This document shows, piece by piece, positions 35,676 through 46,789 of a stretch of 64,000 nucleotides of DNA. Every line of letters begins with the position of its first letter. Position 1 is the stretch's first letter. Location of the stretch: the sequence record NC_048779.1, one strand, 5' to 3'. Made by a program: the position numbers and the translations under genes. The notes under the pieces were generated by a model. That model did not search any database. It was not told where the DNA came from and saw only the letters and a list, made by a program, of their open reading frames with translations.

Positions 35676-35711
35676 AATAACTCCTACCTCCCTAGGGAGG
35701 TAGGAGTTATT
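35676..35711. terminator. 36-bp perfect palindrome between convergent tmk and terminase
   Basis: AATAACTCCTACCTCCCTAGGGAGGTAGGAGTTATT plus a long T tract. Confidence 0.8.
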
Positions 35712-35727
35712 TTTTGTTTTTTTTTAT

Positions 35728-38700
35728 TTAACGATTACGGAATTTAGAACGTTTACTTTCAAGAGCTCTACGATTACGCTCAGCTTCAGCTTGACGTTTG
35801 ATGTCGTCAATGGTGATGGACTTACGCACATCCGCTGGAACCATTTCACGTAAACGATCCAGAGCAACCTCTAAACGTGCTACGATAACAGGTTCATCGG
35901 TTTCCATTAATTTCGCACTGACCTCTTCGATTTTTTGTCGATAGAAAGCAATGCGTTTTTGTTTAACAGGGTCCGACAGCTCTTTCTTAGTCTCGCCGAG
36001 TTTCAACATGTCAACGTTACTCAACGCTATACCCGCAGGGATACCGTATTCGTTTTTGTTTTCACCCAACTTAATGAACCAGTACGTCAACAACCAGCTG
36101 ATTACGATATCATCGTGATTACCGGTGTCGTGGTCTATACGTCCATTCTTAATCTTCAAGTTGGTTAGCTCGTCGATAAGTTTGGTGTATCGGGTTCCCG
36201 TTCCGGTTAAGCTCACAGCTTCCTCTAAGAAACCATACATTACTTCACGAGACTTCGCTCCAGTGTTAAATCCAAAGAACTCTTTGTACTTGAGATAGAA
36301 CACATCATTTCGGTTACCAAAGGTGCGAGCTTTGATATCGCGGTAATGGTTTTGGTAACGCATTGGGTCTTGGAAGATGCGGTTGTAGATTTTCTTAAAA
36401 GGATCGAGTCCCATCGCAGGGAGAGATTGCAGTAACTGATCGATCATGTGGTGAGCGTAGTTACGTTCTGGTATCAATAACGAATTAGGAAGCTCCATGA
36501 GCAACGTTTGTACCACCATCCCTACCTCGGTTAGGAAAGCACGCTGATAACGCCCTACGCCCGCTACAGAGCCATCTCGGATATCTCGTACTACGATGGT
36601 ACAAGCATCCCGACCTACCGCTCCAGATGTATCCAGTCCAATCAAGTAGAACGTAGAGTTTTTACCGCCACTCATGATCTCTGCGTGTTCTTCTTGGGAG
36701 ATGAACCAGTCAAAGAACAACGACGTCCCGGAGATTTGCTGACTCCAACTACGACCTCGTTTGGCTTCGTTCAAAGCGTCACGAGTTTCATCATCGAATA
36801 ACTTACCTTTACCGTTGTCATCCCACATCAACAGCAAGTCGATCTTAGCCTCACTAAGTGATAGCTTAAGTTCGTCAATAGTCTTCTTAACCCAATCTCG
36901 GTTTTTACCAAGTTGTAAGTAGTTGAACACCATACCTACTGAAGGACTGGTGGTAGCCTTAGGAGCATTCTTCAACAATACATCGTACAGATGGGATTCC
37001 CCGTAAGTATCGAAATAGTTTTCACGCCATTCCGTAGACTCCATGAGGATGTTGTACATGTACTGCCCGGATTCCGTTAAGATACTAGCAGGTGTTGTAA
37101 TGAACCCGGTGGCGTAAGGCTCGTTTAATCGACGAGCGTTCTCACGAGCGGTCAACGTAGAAGGACCGGCACCGTTGAGGATTTCTTCCATCCACTTAAT
37201 GTACGCAGGTTCATCTATGAAACGAGATTTGATGGTTAAACCACGACCAACGTTTCGTGCTGCTTCCTGTCCAATCTGAGGTACTGAGATAGTGAGTTTG
37301 TTCTTAACTTCATCACCAAACGCTGAATACGTTAATGAGTTACCCGCGTCTTTATCTCGGTAAGTAACGTTTGTCATCCAAGCCGGGATGTTGTTACGGA
37401 TACCTTTAATCGCGTCAACGAACTGCTGACGGTTATCGTCTTTTAGCGTAATGAGGTGAGATTCATAAGCACGACCAGAGATGTAAGTTAACCAGAAAAA
37501 GATACATTGTGCTGTAACCGTATTGTGTGTCACAATGTAATCGTCAGTGACGTACAAATGACTCGGGTGATCGATCTCGATACAAAGCGCTTCTTCATCA
37601 CGCGCATACTCAATAGAAGTGACTTCTATTTCAGTAGGTCTCGGGACACCTTTAGAGTTGTCCTTCAACATTGTTTTCTTATGTTGTACGGAAACCAACA
37701 AGTCCAACGCCGGGTCATTAATTTCTAAGCACGTCCCGTCTTCACTCGAATAAACCACCCCACCAACTGAACGAATGAGTTCTGTCAAACGGACGTTAAA
37801 CTCCACGTCCTCGTTTACCCATAGTAAGTTACCTGTAGGTGTAACTTCCCCACGACTGTCCATCAGCCCTTGTATGAGTTCCACACGCTGAACATAGGAA
37901 GCGGTGAGGTATTCATCAGGGATTTCCTTTCCTGCCACAATAGGTTTGTCATGGAGGCTTAGGATGTGATCTAGCTTCTGACGAACTTTAGTGTCTTTAT
38001 TCCCTATGTGGGTCAACGCCCCAGTAATTCCATTCCCACCCAAGATCATGCCTAGCAGCCAAGGATGCACTGGTAACTTAACATCGGATTTATGTTCGGG
38101 GTAAGCGATCGGAATACTGTATTTCCGACCTTTACATAACCCGACCATTAATTCCTTTGTACTGGAAACCTTCCAAGCTTCTTGTCCGTAATCAAACACT
38201 TTCCACAAGTGATCGAGCCCTGCTTTAACTCTCCGTCCGTCTTCCATCGTCACCCAATATAGGGGTTTCACTCCTTGAGGGTAAATTCGTTTAACCTTAA
38301 CTGGAGAACCATCCGAAGCTAACACGACATCACCGGGTTTAAGGTCTCCATTTCGGACCCAACCGTTCATGGTCTTTACTTTAGCATCGACGCTCAATTC
38401 CTTCCCCTGCTGACGAGGAAGGATCAACATTGTGGTTAGGTGGTTCAACCAACACCACGCAAAAGAGATGTTAGCACGGTTAGCACGGAAACGAATACCT
38501 CCATTTAAGTGACACACCTCTCGTAAGAAATACCAGAAGTTCTCCTGCATTTCTTTCATGACCATCAAACGTTGATCGTCAGTTAAGTCCGGTGAGCGAG
38601 GATCCACCCCAACCAACATCGGGTTATTAAGTTGTAAATGGAATGCACAGTTCTTGACGCCCATGCGACGGAATACATCCATTGTACGAATAAAAGACTT

Positions 38701-38943
38701 GTTGGTTGTCGTCATGTCCGGTCTTGCACGGTAACGTTCAAAGTCTTTCATGAAGCGCACGGTTTTGATAGAACGTAAGGAGTCCTCTTCCCAGTGTGCC
38801 CTTAATAGTTCCTCCCAGTTGCGTTCAGGAACATCATCGGAAGGTTCATCCAGCAATTGGTCTGGAATCGTTTCTTTTTGAATATTTAAATACTTTAAAA
38901 CTTGTTCTTGTTCATTGAAATTAAATTCTAATTTGGCACCCAT
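35728..38943 (-). CDS. terL: Terminase large subunit precursor (1071 aa; 778 aa after intein removal)
   Basis: Walker A PRQQGK|T, Walker B FIDEP, ITTP, nuclease IGLDTS, HDDIVIS. Confidence 0.92.
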   Translation of the reverse strand: MGAKLEFNFNEQEQVLKYLNIQKETIPDQLLDEPSDDVPERNWEELLRAHWEEDSLRSIKTVRFMKDFERYRARPDMTTTNKSFIRTMDVFRRMGVKNCAFHLQLNNPMLVGVDPRSPDLTDDQRLMVMKEMQENFWYFLREVCHLNGGIRFRANRANISFAWCWLNHLTTMLILPRQQGKELSVDAKVKTMNGWVRNGDLKPGDVVLASDGSPVKVKRIYPQGVKPLYWVTMEDGRRVKAGLDHLWKVFDYGQEAWKVSSTKELMVGLCKGRKYSIPIAYPEHKSDVKLPVHPWLLGMILGGNGITGALTHIGNKDTKVRQKLDHILSLHDKPIVAGKEIPDEYLTASYVQRVELIQGLMDSRGEVTPTGNLLWVNEDVEFNVRLTELIRSVGGVVYSSEDGTCLEINDPALDLLVSVQHKKTMLKDNSKGVPRPTEIEVTSIEYARDEEALCIEIDHPSHLYVTDDYIVTHNTVTAQCIFFWLTYISGRAYESHLITLKDDNRQQFVDAIKGIRNNIPAWMTNVTYRDKDAGNSLTYSAFGDEVKNKLTISVPQIGQEAARNVGRGLTIKSRFIDEPAYIKWMEEILNGAGPSTLTARENARRLNEPYATGFITTPASILTESGQYMYNILMESTEWRENYFDTYGESHLYDVLLKNAPKATTSPSVGMVFNYLQLGKNRDWVKKTIDELKLSLSEAKIDLLLMWDDNGKGKLFDDETRDALNEAKRGRSWSQQISGTSLFFDWFISQEEHAEIMSGGKNSTFYLIGLDTSGAVGRDACTIVVRDIRDGSVAGVGRYQRAFLTEVGMVVQTLLMELPNSLLIPERNYAHHMIDQLLQSLPAMGLDPFKKIYNRIFQDPMRYQNHYRDIKARTFGNRNDVFYLKYKEFFGFNTGAKSREVMYGFLEEAVSLTGTGTRYTKLIDELTNLKIKNGRIDHDTGNHDDIVISWLLTYWFIKLGENKNEYGIPAGIALSNVDMLKLGETKKELSDPVKQKRIAFYRQKIEEVSAKLMETDEPVIVARLEVALDRLREMVPADVRKSITIDDIKRQAEAERNRRALESKRSKFRNR
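37522..38400 (-). mobile_element. Class 3 intein (293 aa) with degenerate LAGLIDADG endonuclease
   Basis: Starts ELSVDAKV (no Cys/Ser at position 1); block B DHLW, block F ALCIEI, block G VTHN|T (WCT triplet); PWLLGMILGGNG and LIQGLMDSRG remnants. Confidence 0.88.
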
Positions 38944-38985
38944 GATAACTCCTTGCTTAATGGCTAGGGTCTATACGATGCATAA

Positions 38986-39019
38986 ATAACCGAGTAGGAC
39001 GTGAGCCCTACTCGGTTAT
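38986..39019 (-). terminator. Terminator after the 2550-aa gene
   Basis: ATAACCGAGTAGG/CCTACTCGGTTAT 13-bp stem. Confidence 0.75.
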
Positions 39020-39031
39020 AGTTAGTTATGT

Positions 39032-42000
39032 TTAAGTGATAGTGATTTGTTTCACCTCGTACCCAGCCAATGTGAAGAACACAATTTCGTGAGTACCCGG
39101 CGATAGATCACCAATGATGTTCAACGAATGATCACCAGACGCTGAGAACAAGTACTCAAACTTCTGGTTAGCCTTGACGTAAACACCGCCACGAGGAGCT
39201 TTCCAGCTGTCTATGGTATCCGGTGTATCGTCTTGGTTAACGATCGTTGCAGAGAAGTCTAGTTTAGATCCTGCCGGAATTGAAGTCGGAACTGTCAATG
39301 CGCTGAATTTACTTGGTGTTGGTTTCTTAGCCCAAACAACTGGTATCTTCAACTCATGACCATTTGATTCCGCATACAACCAAGTACGCGTCACGCCCTC
39401 AGGTTGAGGGATGTCAAACTCAGCAATACCGTAAGTGTCAGTAGTCACCTCGTAATGAGAATCACCCGATTTCTCTCCTAGCCACACTTTAACCACTGCG
39501 CCATTAATCGGAGCGAATGATTCGTTAGTTAGACCAAACGCCACTCTCAGGTTCTGACCATCCAGACCCTTACCTTGAGCGTAAGCCAAAGTACGGAGTC
39601 CGGTAGCATTCCCGCTGAAGATGTTAAACGTCTCACCTACCGCACCCGCAGACATACCAATTAAGTGTTTGCCCTTAGTAAAGTAAGCTGGTCTCACATA
39701 CTCGCCGTCGATGTTGTACCAGTAGTTCATTTGAGGATCATCAAAGTCCTTAACTGAAATACCTTCCACGCCGTTACTCACCACGTCACCGTTCTGGTCG
39801 ATCACCTCAGCCTTGAATGCTTGGTACTCTTCCTCGGTCCATACGGTCGGGAAGAACGTCTCGCCAAAGCTCTCACCTAGCACCATATCGGTAGCCACCC
39901 AATGGAAACTGAACGGCACTTGATTACCATCGTACTCCACCATGTAGTGGTAAACTCCCGGTGTGGTTTGTGCAGGCAGACTGAACGTCGCCAAACCTTT
40001 ATCGTCAGTGGTTAGAGTTTGCTTAGCTCCCTCTTTCCCAACTTCCCAAACACTCATGGTCTTGCCAACCGAAGCCGTGTCGTCATTAGCTGAATAACAG
40101 CCAAACATCGCAACCGCTGGTTGGTTCACTCGGTTAACTACTGTAGATCCCGGTACTAAGTTCATAACGTCATCACCTTCTACAATGAACATATTGATGG
40201 TGCCAAGTTCTTTGTAGTTAGCGAATAGACGCCATGTGTGTAGTCCCGGATCAAGTTGACGAGATACATCAACTTGATGGACCTCACCCTCAGATCGAGT
40301 ACCAATCAGTTCCTTGGTAGCAGGATCATAAACGGTCACCATCCCAGTTGCGTTCCAATCACGGTATTGATCATCCACTACACGGAAGCCGGTCTTAATG
40401 TTCATGTTTGACTTCACCGTAAGACCACCGTTACTCATGGTCGGTGATAGTACGGTTTTTGTAGGGTAGATCACTTCAAACGGATCACTTTCAGTTACCT
40501 CTACCGGTTTAGCAACTTGGTAGTAATCCATGTAAGCATCAGAGTACTGCATGAAACGATGTTTACCAACCGGAGGATTGAGGCTGTAGATGAAGTTCTG
40601 ATTGTCAAGCATGCCCGGTTTGAGATCGTAAGTCTCTCGAGTAACGAAATCATAGATGCCAATCTTCACGTCACTAACATCAGCCAGCTCTTGGTTATTG
40701 AAGTCTGTCAGTTTCACCAAACCATTCAACCCACGCTCCAAACTGGTCGTGTTTGGGTAGTAGATGTCAGTCAATCTAGTCCCTACTGGTTCACTTGTTC
40801 TGACAATAGTGTGTTTGGCTGTTAACCCTTCAGCTTTAATGCGCAACACAATAGGTGAGTTGCCGCGAAGCTGAGGACGAAGACTGACGTGACCGTCCGC
40901 ATCGGTTTGATCACCACCGGCCCAACTCCAATAACTGTCACCCTCCGCTTTATATTTAAAGTCGATGGCTACGTTAGGCATTGGTTTCCCTTCTTCATCC
41001 AACAAGTAGTAAACCACTCGTGTATGATTCTGCCCTTCAGGGATGTAGTCGTGTGTAGGTGGAGCAAACGCCAATGTCTTAAACTTAGGTGGACCTGCCC
41101 AAAGTGCGACATGATCACAACCATTTCCGTATTCATCTTCCAACCAGACATCGAACTTAACCTCTTTATCCGGTGTTGGGATGTCAACGGACCACGTACC
41201 GTCAAGCGAAACCGTGAACTCTTTCAGCCCTAGTTCCGTTCCTTCAGAACGTACGCGCGCTTCCAGTTTAATTACAGTGTCACCCACTTCAGCCATGCTT
41301 CCATCGGTATCTTTCACGGTACCGGATAAGGTGATGGTTGAGTCGTATGGAATACCTTCAGGAAAATCAGGTTTGTTAAACTTAATAGCTCCAGACTTGA
41401 ACTTGGTTCCCATGTTCCACTTAGGGGCGATCTCAGTAAACTTACCACGTACACCAAACAAATCCTTACGGGTAGGATCGAAACGACCCGGACTGACCTC
41501 TAAGGTAAAGTTACCATCTGAGTCAGTATAAGTCATATTCCTTGATCCGATGTCAGGACGATAGTAGTTCACCTCCGCTTTAGAGAACGGGTTGCCGTCT
41601 TGGTCTAACACTTTACCCATTATCAATGCTGGCATTTCTGGGTGTACAAAGCCAACATTGTTGTGCCAAGCGATAGTAGAAACCATTGGGGTGGTGTCAC
41701 CCGCTTCTGCAACGTTAATGGAGCTAGAGTCCGACGCCCCATTACAAACAGCGTAAATCTCACTGTGTCCTTGTGCTTGCGCCCAAGTAACCTCAGCCCA
41801 CGCATGACCCTTCTCGTTAGTGGTTTTGGTGTCTATTAACTCACCACTTGCGCTGTCAAATCGGAACTCAACGGTTTCACCTTGGACCGGATTACCGTAT
41901 CTGTCCTTATAGAGGGCAGAAACGCGACCACGCTGATTTTCGTGTATATCACGAATAGTGAGGTTAGTCATAGTAACCATAGGTGTTGAGTAACACAACA

Positions 42001-45000
42001 CTTCGGTACTATCAAAACTATTACCGTTAACCACAAGAAGTTTAAGGTTTCCTGATTCCAACCAAGGAGTGATAGAGAAACGTCCATCGGCATCCGCGTT
42101 AATAGAGTCCTCTTGGTAATAAGTATTATGCGGGGTCCCTACGTACAAGTAGACGAACGCACCACTAATTCCATTACCTTCACTATCAACAACCTTACCT
42201 GTAACCGGATAATCGTCGTCTTCCGAAGCTTCTGAAGGTAACGTATCCAAGATTACCGTACCGAGACTAGATTCACCCCCATCTTCCCAACCAATAGAGT
42301 AACTTGTAACTGCATTACCACAGGTCAATTCGACCGAGATGTTCGTTCCGTCAGACTGACCGGCTAACAACACCTTAGCAACACCGTTGGTATCAGTTTT
42401 GTAAACCGCATCTAACTCGAAACCATCGGTAGTGCTTTTCACACGGAACTCGATATTAGGGATAGGGTTATCGTTAAAGTCTTGAACGTTTACCAACATA
42501 ATGCCCGGGTCACCAGACTGAGGGTAGTCACTGGCGTGGAATACTTTAACTTCCTTAATCGCGATGTGCTCAGTAGGCGTGGTGTTGAGAGCCTTAGACA
42601 TGTCTTCGTTAGCAAGGATATAGGTCTCATTACCTACACCTTTACTGAACCAAGGTATTGTGACCAGACCCGTCGGACCTACCGGGGTGCCGTGCTTTTG
42701 GTATCGCCCGCTTTGAGTGAGTAGGTTCACCACTTCGCCCTCGTTAGGGACGTAGTTGTTACCTTCACTATCTTTCAACTGATAAGTGACTTCAGGATTG
42801 TCATCAAAGGCCAAGGCTTCACTGTGTCCACTTACGATATCAGCGGAAGCTGGCATCTTTTTGTAAGTGACCACATGTCTAACCATCCCGTTGGTACTAG
42901 TAACAACGACAGGGTTTTTACCCAATGCAATGTTGTCCAAGGAAGGTTCGATGCGACCGTCTGATTTACTACGACTACCGATGGTACTACGATTACGAAC
43001 ATCATAAACACTGTAAGCAACACGGTCAGCAGGATTACCATCCTGATCTCGCATCATACCGTTCATGAAGACAGTCCCGTCGTTGTCCACGCTAGTTGGT
43101 GGGTTCGTGAGCTGCAAATCTACCCAACGAGGCGAGTTGGTGTCAGTCCAAGGAGCAGTGTCATAGCTAGAACTTTGACCACATTTAGCTCGAACGAGCA
43201 TGTGTGACTCTTCTCCAATACGGTCATAGCTGATGTCAAAGAAGCCGAATTCATCCGTCTCCCCTTCAGCAAGCAAGTTGCCGTAGTTGTCTTCCATCGT
43301 CACATAGATGCCGTCTACCGCTTCCGTCTCTTCCTCGTTCTCAACAAACGCACCAACGGTAATAGTTTGACCGATAACCGGGTTGGTTAGGTTGTAAGGA
43401 GCCATCTTAATCTTAGGCCACGTAACAAGACCAGCCGTCATAGAGAACAACACCTTTGAACCATCTCGGAACTCATACGTTTCGGTTGGGTTAGGGGTAC
43501 CGTGGTTAGTAATCCATTGGATACGTCCGTTACCATCAACATCGATTACACCTTCGCCCATGACTTGGTTGTCAGAGTTGTAAACCTCTACATTAACCGC
43601 TCTGGTCATTGCAGTAATCTTACCGTCATCATCGTTAAGGCTTACTGAAGATATGTAACGTGCACTAATAGGGAACTTCTTAGGAACAAAGTTGTTGTAA
43701 GTCAATGAAGTCGGGTTAACACCTGCCACAGAACCCCACGATAAAGTAACCTCGTGTTGCGCGTTCTGAACGTAGAGTACCGCGTGGTATGTGCCGTCCG
43801 GTAAGACCTCATCTATTGAACAAACTTTATGACCCTTATAGAAAGTGCCCGTGTTCTCTAGAGTACGACCTAGTTCTTTTATGTAAACAAAGATATGCAT
43901 GTTGTCTTCAGTGATGACTTGGTTGTCAGCACTGACGTTTTCCCACAACTCTGCGGAGAACGCCGTTTTCTCACCCGACTCGGCAACCGGGATCGACTTC
44001 ACATCCTTCAGGTCAGTGATAATCCCGTCACGCCAATGGACGTAAACGTCTGTTTTACCCTTTCTGTCTTTAGGACCCGCACCTACTGTTGTGCCACTCC
44101 AGCTATGAGTGCCGGTATCCGTTGGCATAGTGGTAGGGAATTCGACAATACCGAATTCATCCGTAGTTAGAGTTGCGATGACTTCATCAGACCCACCTTC
44201 GTGAACCTTAATCCAAGTATTGCCTACTAACTTATCGACTTCTTCACCTAAGTATCGAATCTCGACAGTTTCGCCCGGAACACCTTGTCCGTTCTCATCA
44301 GAAACACGGAAACCGACCAAGGCTTCGGAATCAGGGAATGCGGTACTCGAGCTGTACTCTAAGCGATCTGTATTGCGAACCGGACGTTGGATGGCATTGA
44401 ACTTAACCGTTTTAAATCCAGCTTCGGTAAAGAACACCAACTCTTGCTCACCAACTTTATCGTTAGTCTGTACGTTTGCATCGGTAGTGCGGTCCGAACC
44501 TAGGTATTCGACTTTGTGTGTGACTTTGTCGTAAACACCGAGGTTGGAGAAACCATACATGTTAAAGAGAACTGGGGATTCTTCATTAACTTCGTTACCG
44601 TGTTGATCCAAAGAACGTACATCAAACGTGACGAGTTCATCGATACCGATGTCACCTTGAGGAGGAGTAACTGTAATTTGACAAGCGGCGTTTTTCTCAG
44701 TCCACATCAATTCTAGTTCAAATTGATCCGTCCCGTGTTTAGCGTAAGCCTTACGTACCAACTCACCCTCTTTAAAAGGAACCGTGATTTCTACAATCCC
44801 GTATTTGTCGGTAGTTAGTTTATGATCGGCTGCACCACTTCGATCATCGATCCAGACATCAATCACCCCACCTTCTACTGACTCCAGAGCGTCGTCCAAC
44901 AATAACCACCCAGTGGTTAGGTCTTGATTGGCGACACTTGTGCCCTGAGCGTAAGGCAGTGGATTTAATCCTACACGCTTACCAACCACGACATCTTTTT

Positions 45001-46684
45001 CTGTGTGGAAGTGGTCACAAGTCATTGATAACCGACCGCCTTTAATTGGGTTGGTATCGTCTTGTAGTGGAAGAAGGTATTCACAAGCCGAATCGCGCTT
45101 ACTGAGGTAAGGACGAACGTACCAGCGGTCTAATAACTGAATCGTGAGACCTTCGTATACATCACTGTCTTGAGGGTTAAATGGCTGACCATCTTTACCC
45201 AAAGGAGTGGTTAAAAACATGAAGAAATCACGGTCAAAATAAACCGGAAGGAAAGGTGTAGAAACACTCTCTACAACCTCTAGTGTAGCTGGGACCCAGT
45301 CATTGTACCATGTTGCTTCAACACCACCTGCTTCTGCACGCATAAAGGTGCGAGTCACTTCACTCTCCGCAGGGAGCGTGATTTCCACTAAACCTAGGCC
45401 ATCTGTGGTTGCTTGACGGAACGCTGTTTCCGAATCTCCTTTGAAGAAAGAAACAGTTACTCCCGATCTTGGATTTCCTTGGTTGTCGGTCAACGCAAGA
45501 CGGTTTACGACTTCGTTACCCACATGGACCCAGTTTCTAGTGCCACCTACTAAGTTAAGCATGTCACCGTCAGTAAAACAGCGGACGTAATTATCGGCTA
45601 GTGGTCGACCACGACAAAGTACTGTGTGTTTATACCCACCTTCCCGAATACTAACAAAGTCTTCACCAGAATACCAACGGTCATTACCTTCTGTCAGGTA
45701 ACTGCCGTAAGAATGCGGGGAGTTATTGAAATCGTAGAATTCCAACTCACCAGAGTCCACATTCGGCTTTTTGTAATCCGCTGTGTACACCGAACAAGTA
45801 AGTGGGAAACTTCCACTGTAATGTAGATCTGGGTTGTTGACAAGTACACTGCGTACACCAAATCGCATAATCGCGGGTGGGTTCAATCCCTGAACTACAG
45901 GTGGTTTTACTTCTAGGTTGCCGTTGTTGCTCATTAAAGTGGCGTGTGGACCATCCACATCAATGGCGAACTTACCACCACTCTCTAACGATTCACTGTT
46001 ATCCACGAAATAAAGTGGGTTATCCACAAAGTGACCAAGGAACGCGTCCTCGGTGAGGTTAACATCACCTGAACCGTAATTCGGGAATGCACGTCCGACT
46101 ACTTTCAAGGTCTCACCCGGAGCCAATTCTTCTTGCCCCACGGGGTCAACAAAATAAGTGGTCAAAGAACCATCAGAAAAGTCGTAAGTAAACTCATCAC
46201 TCAAATCCCCGTACGAGATTTGAACGTAAAGTTTCTTAGGCTCTAGTTCGTTGATCCCCCACATTACGTTGAAGTAACCATGTTCGTTTGTTGTGACGCT
46301 GCTTTCGATCCAGTTTTCAGCATCGTCGTACTTACGTTTGTAAGTGATCTCCGCATCAGAGATTGGATTCAGATCTTGATCAATCAATCGACCGTGGAAA
46401 CCATTCAGGTTTTCTTTAGTGAATCGACCGGATGCAGGAATGATTTCTAATTCTTTGACAAACTCCACTTCGTGCTCACCAAGTGGCTTGCTTTTGTCAA
46501 AGAAACTAAATTTGACTTTCTTTTTCGTTGCCGACTCAACCTCGACTTGCCAGTTACCATCAGCATCAGTTACGACTTCCGTATCTGGAAGCCCATCGTC
46601 TCGTTTCAAGGTAAGACTGACGGGTCCATCAGGTTTTACCGTCGTGTCACCTTTCAACAAGTTTCCTCTAATAACACCCGTCAT
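39032..46684 (-). CDS. Giant Ig-like (Big_1/invasin-type) repeat protein, 2550 aa; putative fibre or adhesin
   Basis: Recurrent ~100-aa beta-rich units with GxxxDQxG, TDxFGI and terminal W; N-terminus homologous to the 3529-aa protein. Confidence 0.8.
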   Translation of the reverse strand: MTGVIRGNLLKGDTTVKPDGPVSLTLKRDDGLPDTEVVTDADGNWQVEVESATKKKVKFSFFDKSKPLGEHEVEFVKELEIIPASGRFTKENLNGFHGRLIDQDLNPISDAEITYKRKYDDAENWIESSVTTNEHGYFNVMWGINELEPKKLYVQISYGDLSDEFTYDFSDGSLTTYFVDPVGQEELAPGETLKVVGRAFPNYGSGDVNLTEDAFLGHFVDNPLYFVDNSESLESGGKFAIDVDGPHATLMSNNGNLEVKPPVVQGLNPPAIMRFGVRSVLVNNPDLHYSGSFPLTCSVYTADYKKPNVDSGELEFYDFNNSPHSYGSYLTEGNDRWYSGEDFVSIREGGYKHTVLCRGRPLADNYVRCFTDGDMLNLVGGTRNWVHVGNEVVNRLALTDNQGNPRSGVTVSFFKGDSETAFRQATTDGLGLVEITLPAESEVTRTFMRAEAGGVEATWYNDWVPATLEVVESVSTPFLPVYFDRDFFMFLTTPLGKDGQPFNPQDSDVYEGLTIQLLDRWYVRPYLSKRDSACEYLLPLQDDTNPIKGGRLSMTCDHFHTEKDVVVGKRVGLNPLPYAQGTSVANQDLTTGWLLLDDALESVEGGVIDVWIDDRSGAADHKLTTDKYGIVEITVPFKEGELVRKAYAKHGTDQFELELMWTEKNAACQITVTPPQGDIGIDELVTFDVRSLDQHGNEVNEESPVLFNMYGFSNLGVYDKVTHKVEYLGSDRTTDANVQTNDKVGEQELVFFTEAGFKTVKFNAIQRPVRNTDRLEYSSSTAFPDSEALVGFRVSDENGQGVPGETVEIRYLGEEVDKLVGNTWIKVHEGGSDEVIATLTTDEFGIVEFPTTMPTDTGTHSWSGTTVGAGPKDRKGKTDVYVHWRDGIITDLKDVKSIPVAESGEKTAFSAELWENVSADNQVITEDNMHIFVYIKELGRTLENTGTFYKGHKVCSIDEVLPDGTYHAVLYVQNAQHEVTLSWGSVAGVNPTSLTYNNFVPKKFPISARYISSVSLNDDDGKITAMTRAVNVEVYNSDNQVMGEGVIDVDGNGRIQWITNHGTPNPTETYEFRDGSKVLFSMTAGLVTWPKIKMAPYNLTNPVIGQTITVGAFVENEEETEAVDGIYVTMEDNYGNLLAEGETDEFGFFDISYDRIGEESHMLVRAKCGQSSSYDTAPWTDTNSPRWVDLQLTNPPTSVDNDGTVFMNGMMRDQDGNPADRVAYSVYDVRNRSTIGSRSKSDGRIEPSLDNIALGKNPVVVTSTNGMVRHVVTYKKMPASADIVSGHSEALAFDDNPEVTYQLKDSEGNNYVPNEGEVVNLLTQSGRYQKHGTPVGPTGLVTIPWFSKGVGNETYILANEDMSKALNTTPTEHIAIKEVKVFHASDYPQSGDPGIMLVNVQDFNDNPIPNIEFRVKSTTDGFELDAVYKTDTNGVAKVLLAGQSDGTNISVELTCGNAVTSYSIGWEDGGESSLGTVILDTLPSEASEDDDYPVTGKVVDSEGNGISGAFVYLYVGTPHNTYYQEDSINADADGRFSITPWLESGNLKLLVVNGNSFDSTEVLCYSTPMVTMTNLTIRDIHENQRGRVSALYKDRYGNPVQGETVEFRFDSASGELIDTKTTNEKGHAWAEVTWAQAQGHSEIYAVCNGASDSSSINVAEAGDTTPMVSTIAWHNNVGFVHPEMPALIMGKVLDQDGNPFSKAEVNYYRPDIGSRNMTYTDSDGNFTLEVSPGRFDPTRKDLFGVRGKFTEIAPKWNMGTKFKSGAIKFNKPDFPEGIPYDSTITLSGTVKDTDGSMAEVGDTVIKLEARVRSEGTELGLKEFTVSLDGTWSVDIPTPDKEVKFDVWLEDEYGNGCDHVALWAGPPKFKTLAFAPPTHDYIPEGQNHTRVVYYLLDEEGKPMPNVAIDFKYKAEGDSYWSWAGGDQTDADGHVSLRPQLRGNSPIVLRIKAEGLTAKHTIVRTSEPVGTRLTDIYYPNTTSLERGLNGLVKLTDFNNQELADVSDVKIGIYDFVTRETYDLKPGMLDNQNFIYSLNPPVGKHRFMQYSDAYMDYYQVAKPVEVTESDPFEVIYPTKTVLSPTMSNGGLTVKSNMNIKTGFRVVDDQYRDWNATGMVTVYDPATKELIGTRSEGEVHQVDVSRQLDPGLHTWRLFANYKELGTINMFIVEGDDVMNLVPGSTVVNRVNQPAVAMFGCYSANDDTASVGKTMSVWEVGKEGAKQTLTTDDKGLATFSLPAQTTPGVYHYMVEYDGNQVPFSFHWVATDMVLGESFGETFFPTVWTEEEYQAFKAEVIDQNGDVVSNGVEGISVKDFDDPQMNYWYNIDGEYVRPAYFTKGKHLIGMSAGAVGETFNIFSGNATGLRTLAYAQGKGLDGQNLRVAFGLTNESFAPINGAVVKVWLGEKSGDSHYEVTTDTYGIAEFDIPQPEGVTRTWLYAESNGHELKIPVVWAKKPTPSKFSALTVPTSIPAGSKLDFSATIVNQDDTPDTIDSWKAPRGGVYVKANQKFEYLFSASGDHSLNIIGDLSPGTHEIVFFTLAGYEVKQITIT

Positions 46685-46789
46685 TAGTATCTTCCTTTTG
46701 CTTGTTATACATACCGGGCCAAGGGAGAACCCAGTTACGCGTTTCGTTCAATAAATTCTCAGTGGGGTTTAAATAAGTGGAAAATAAAG

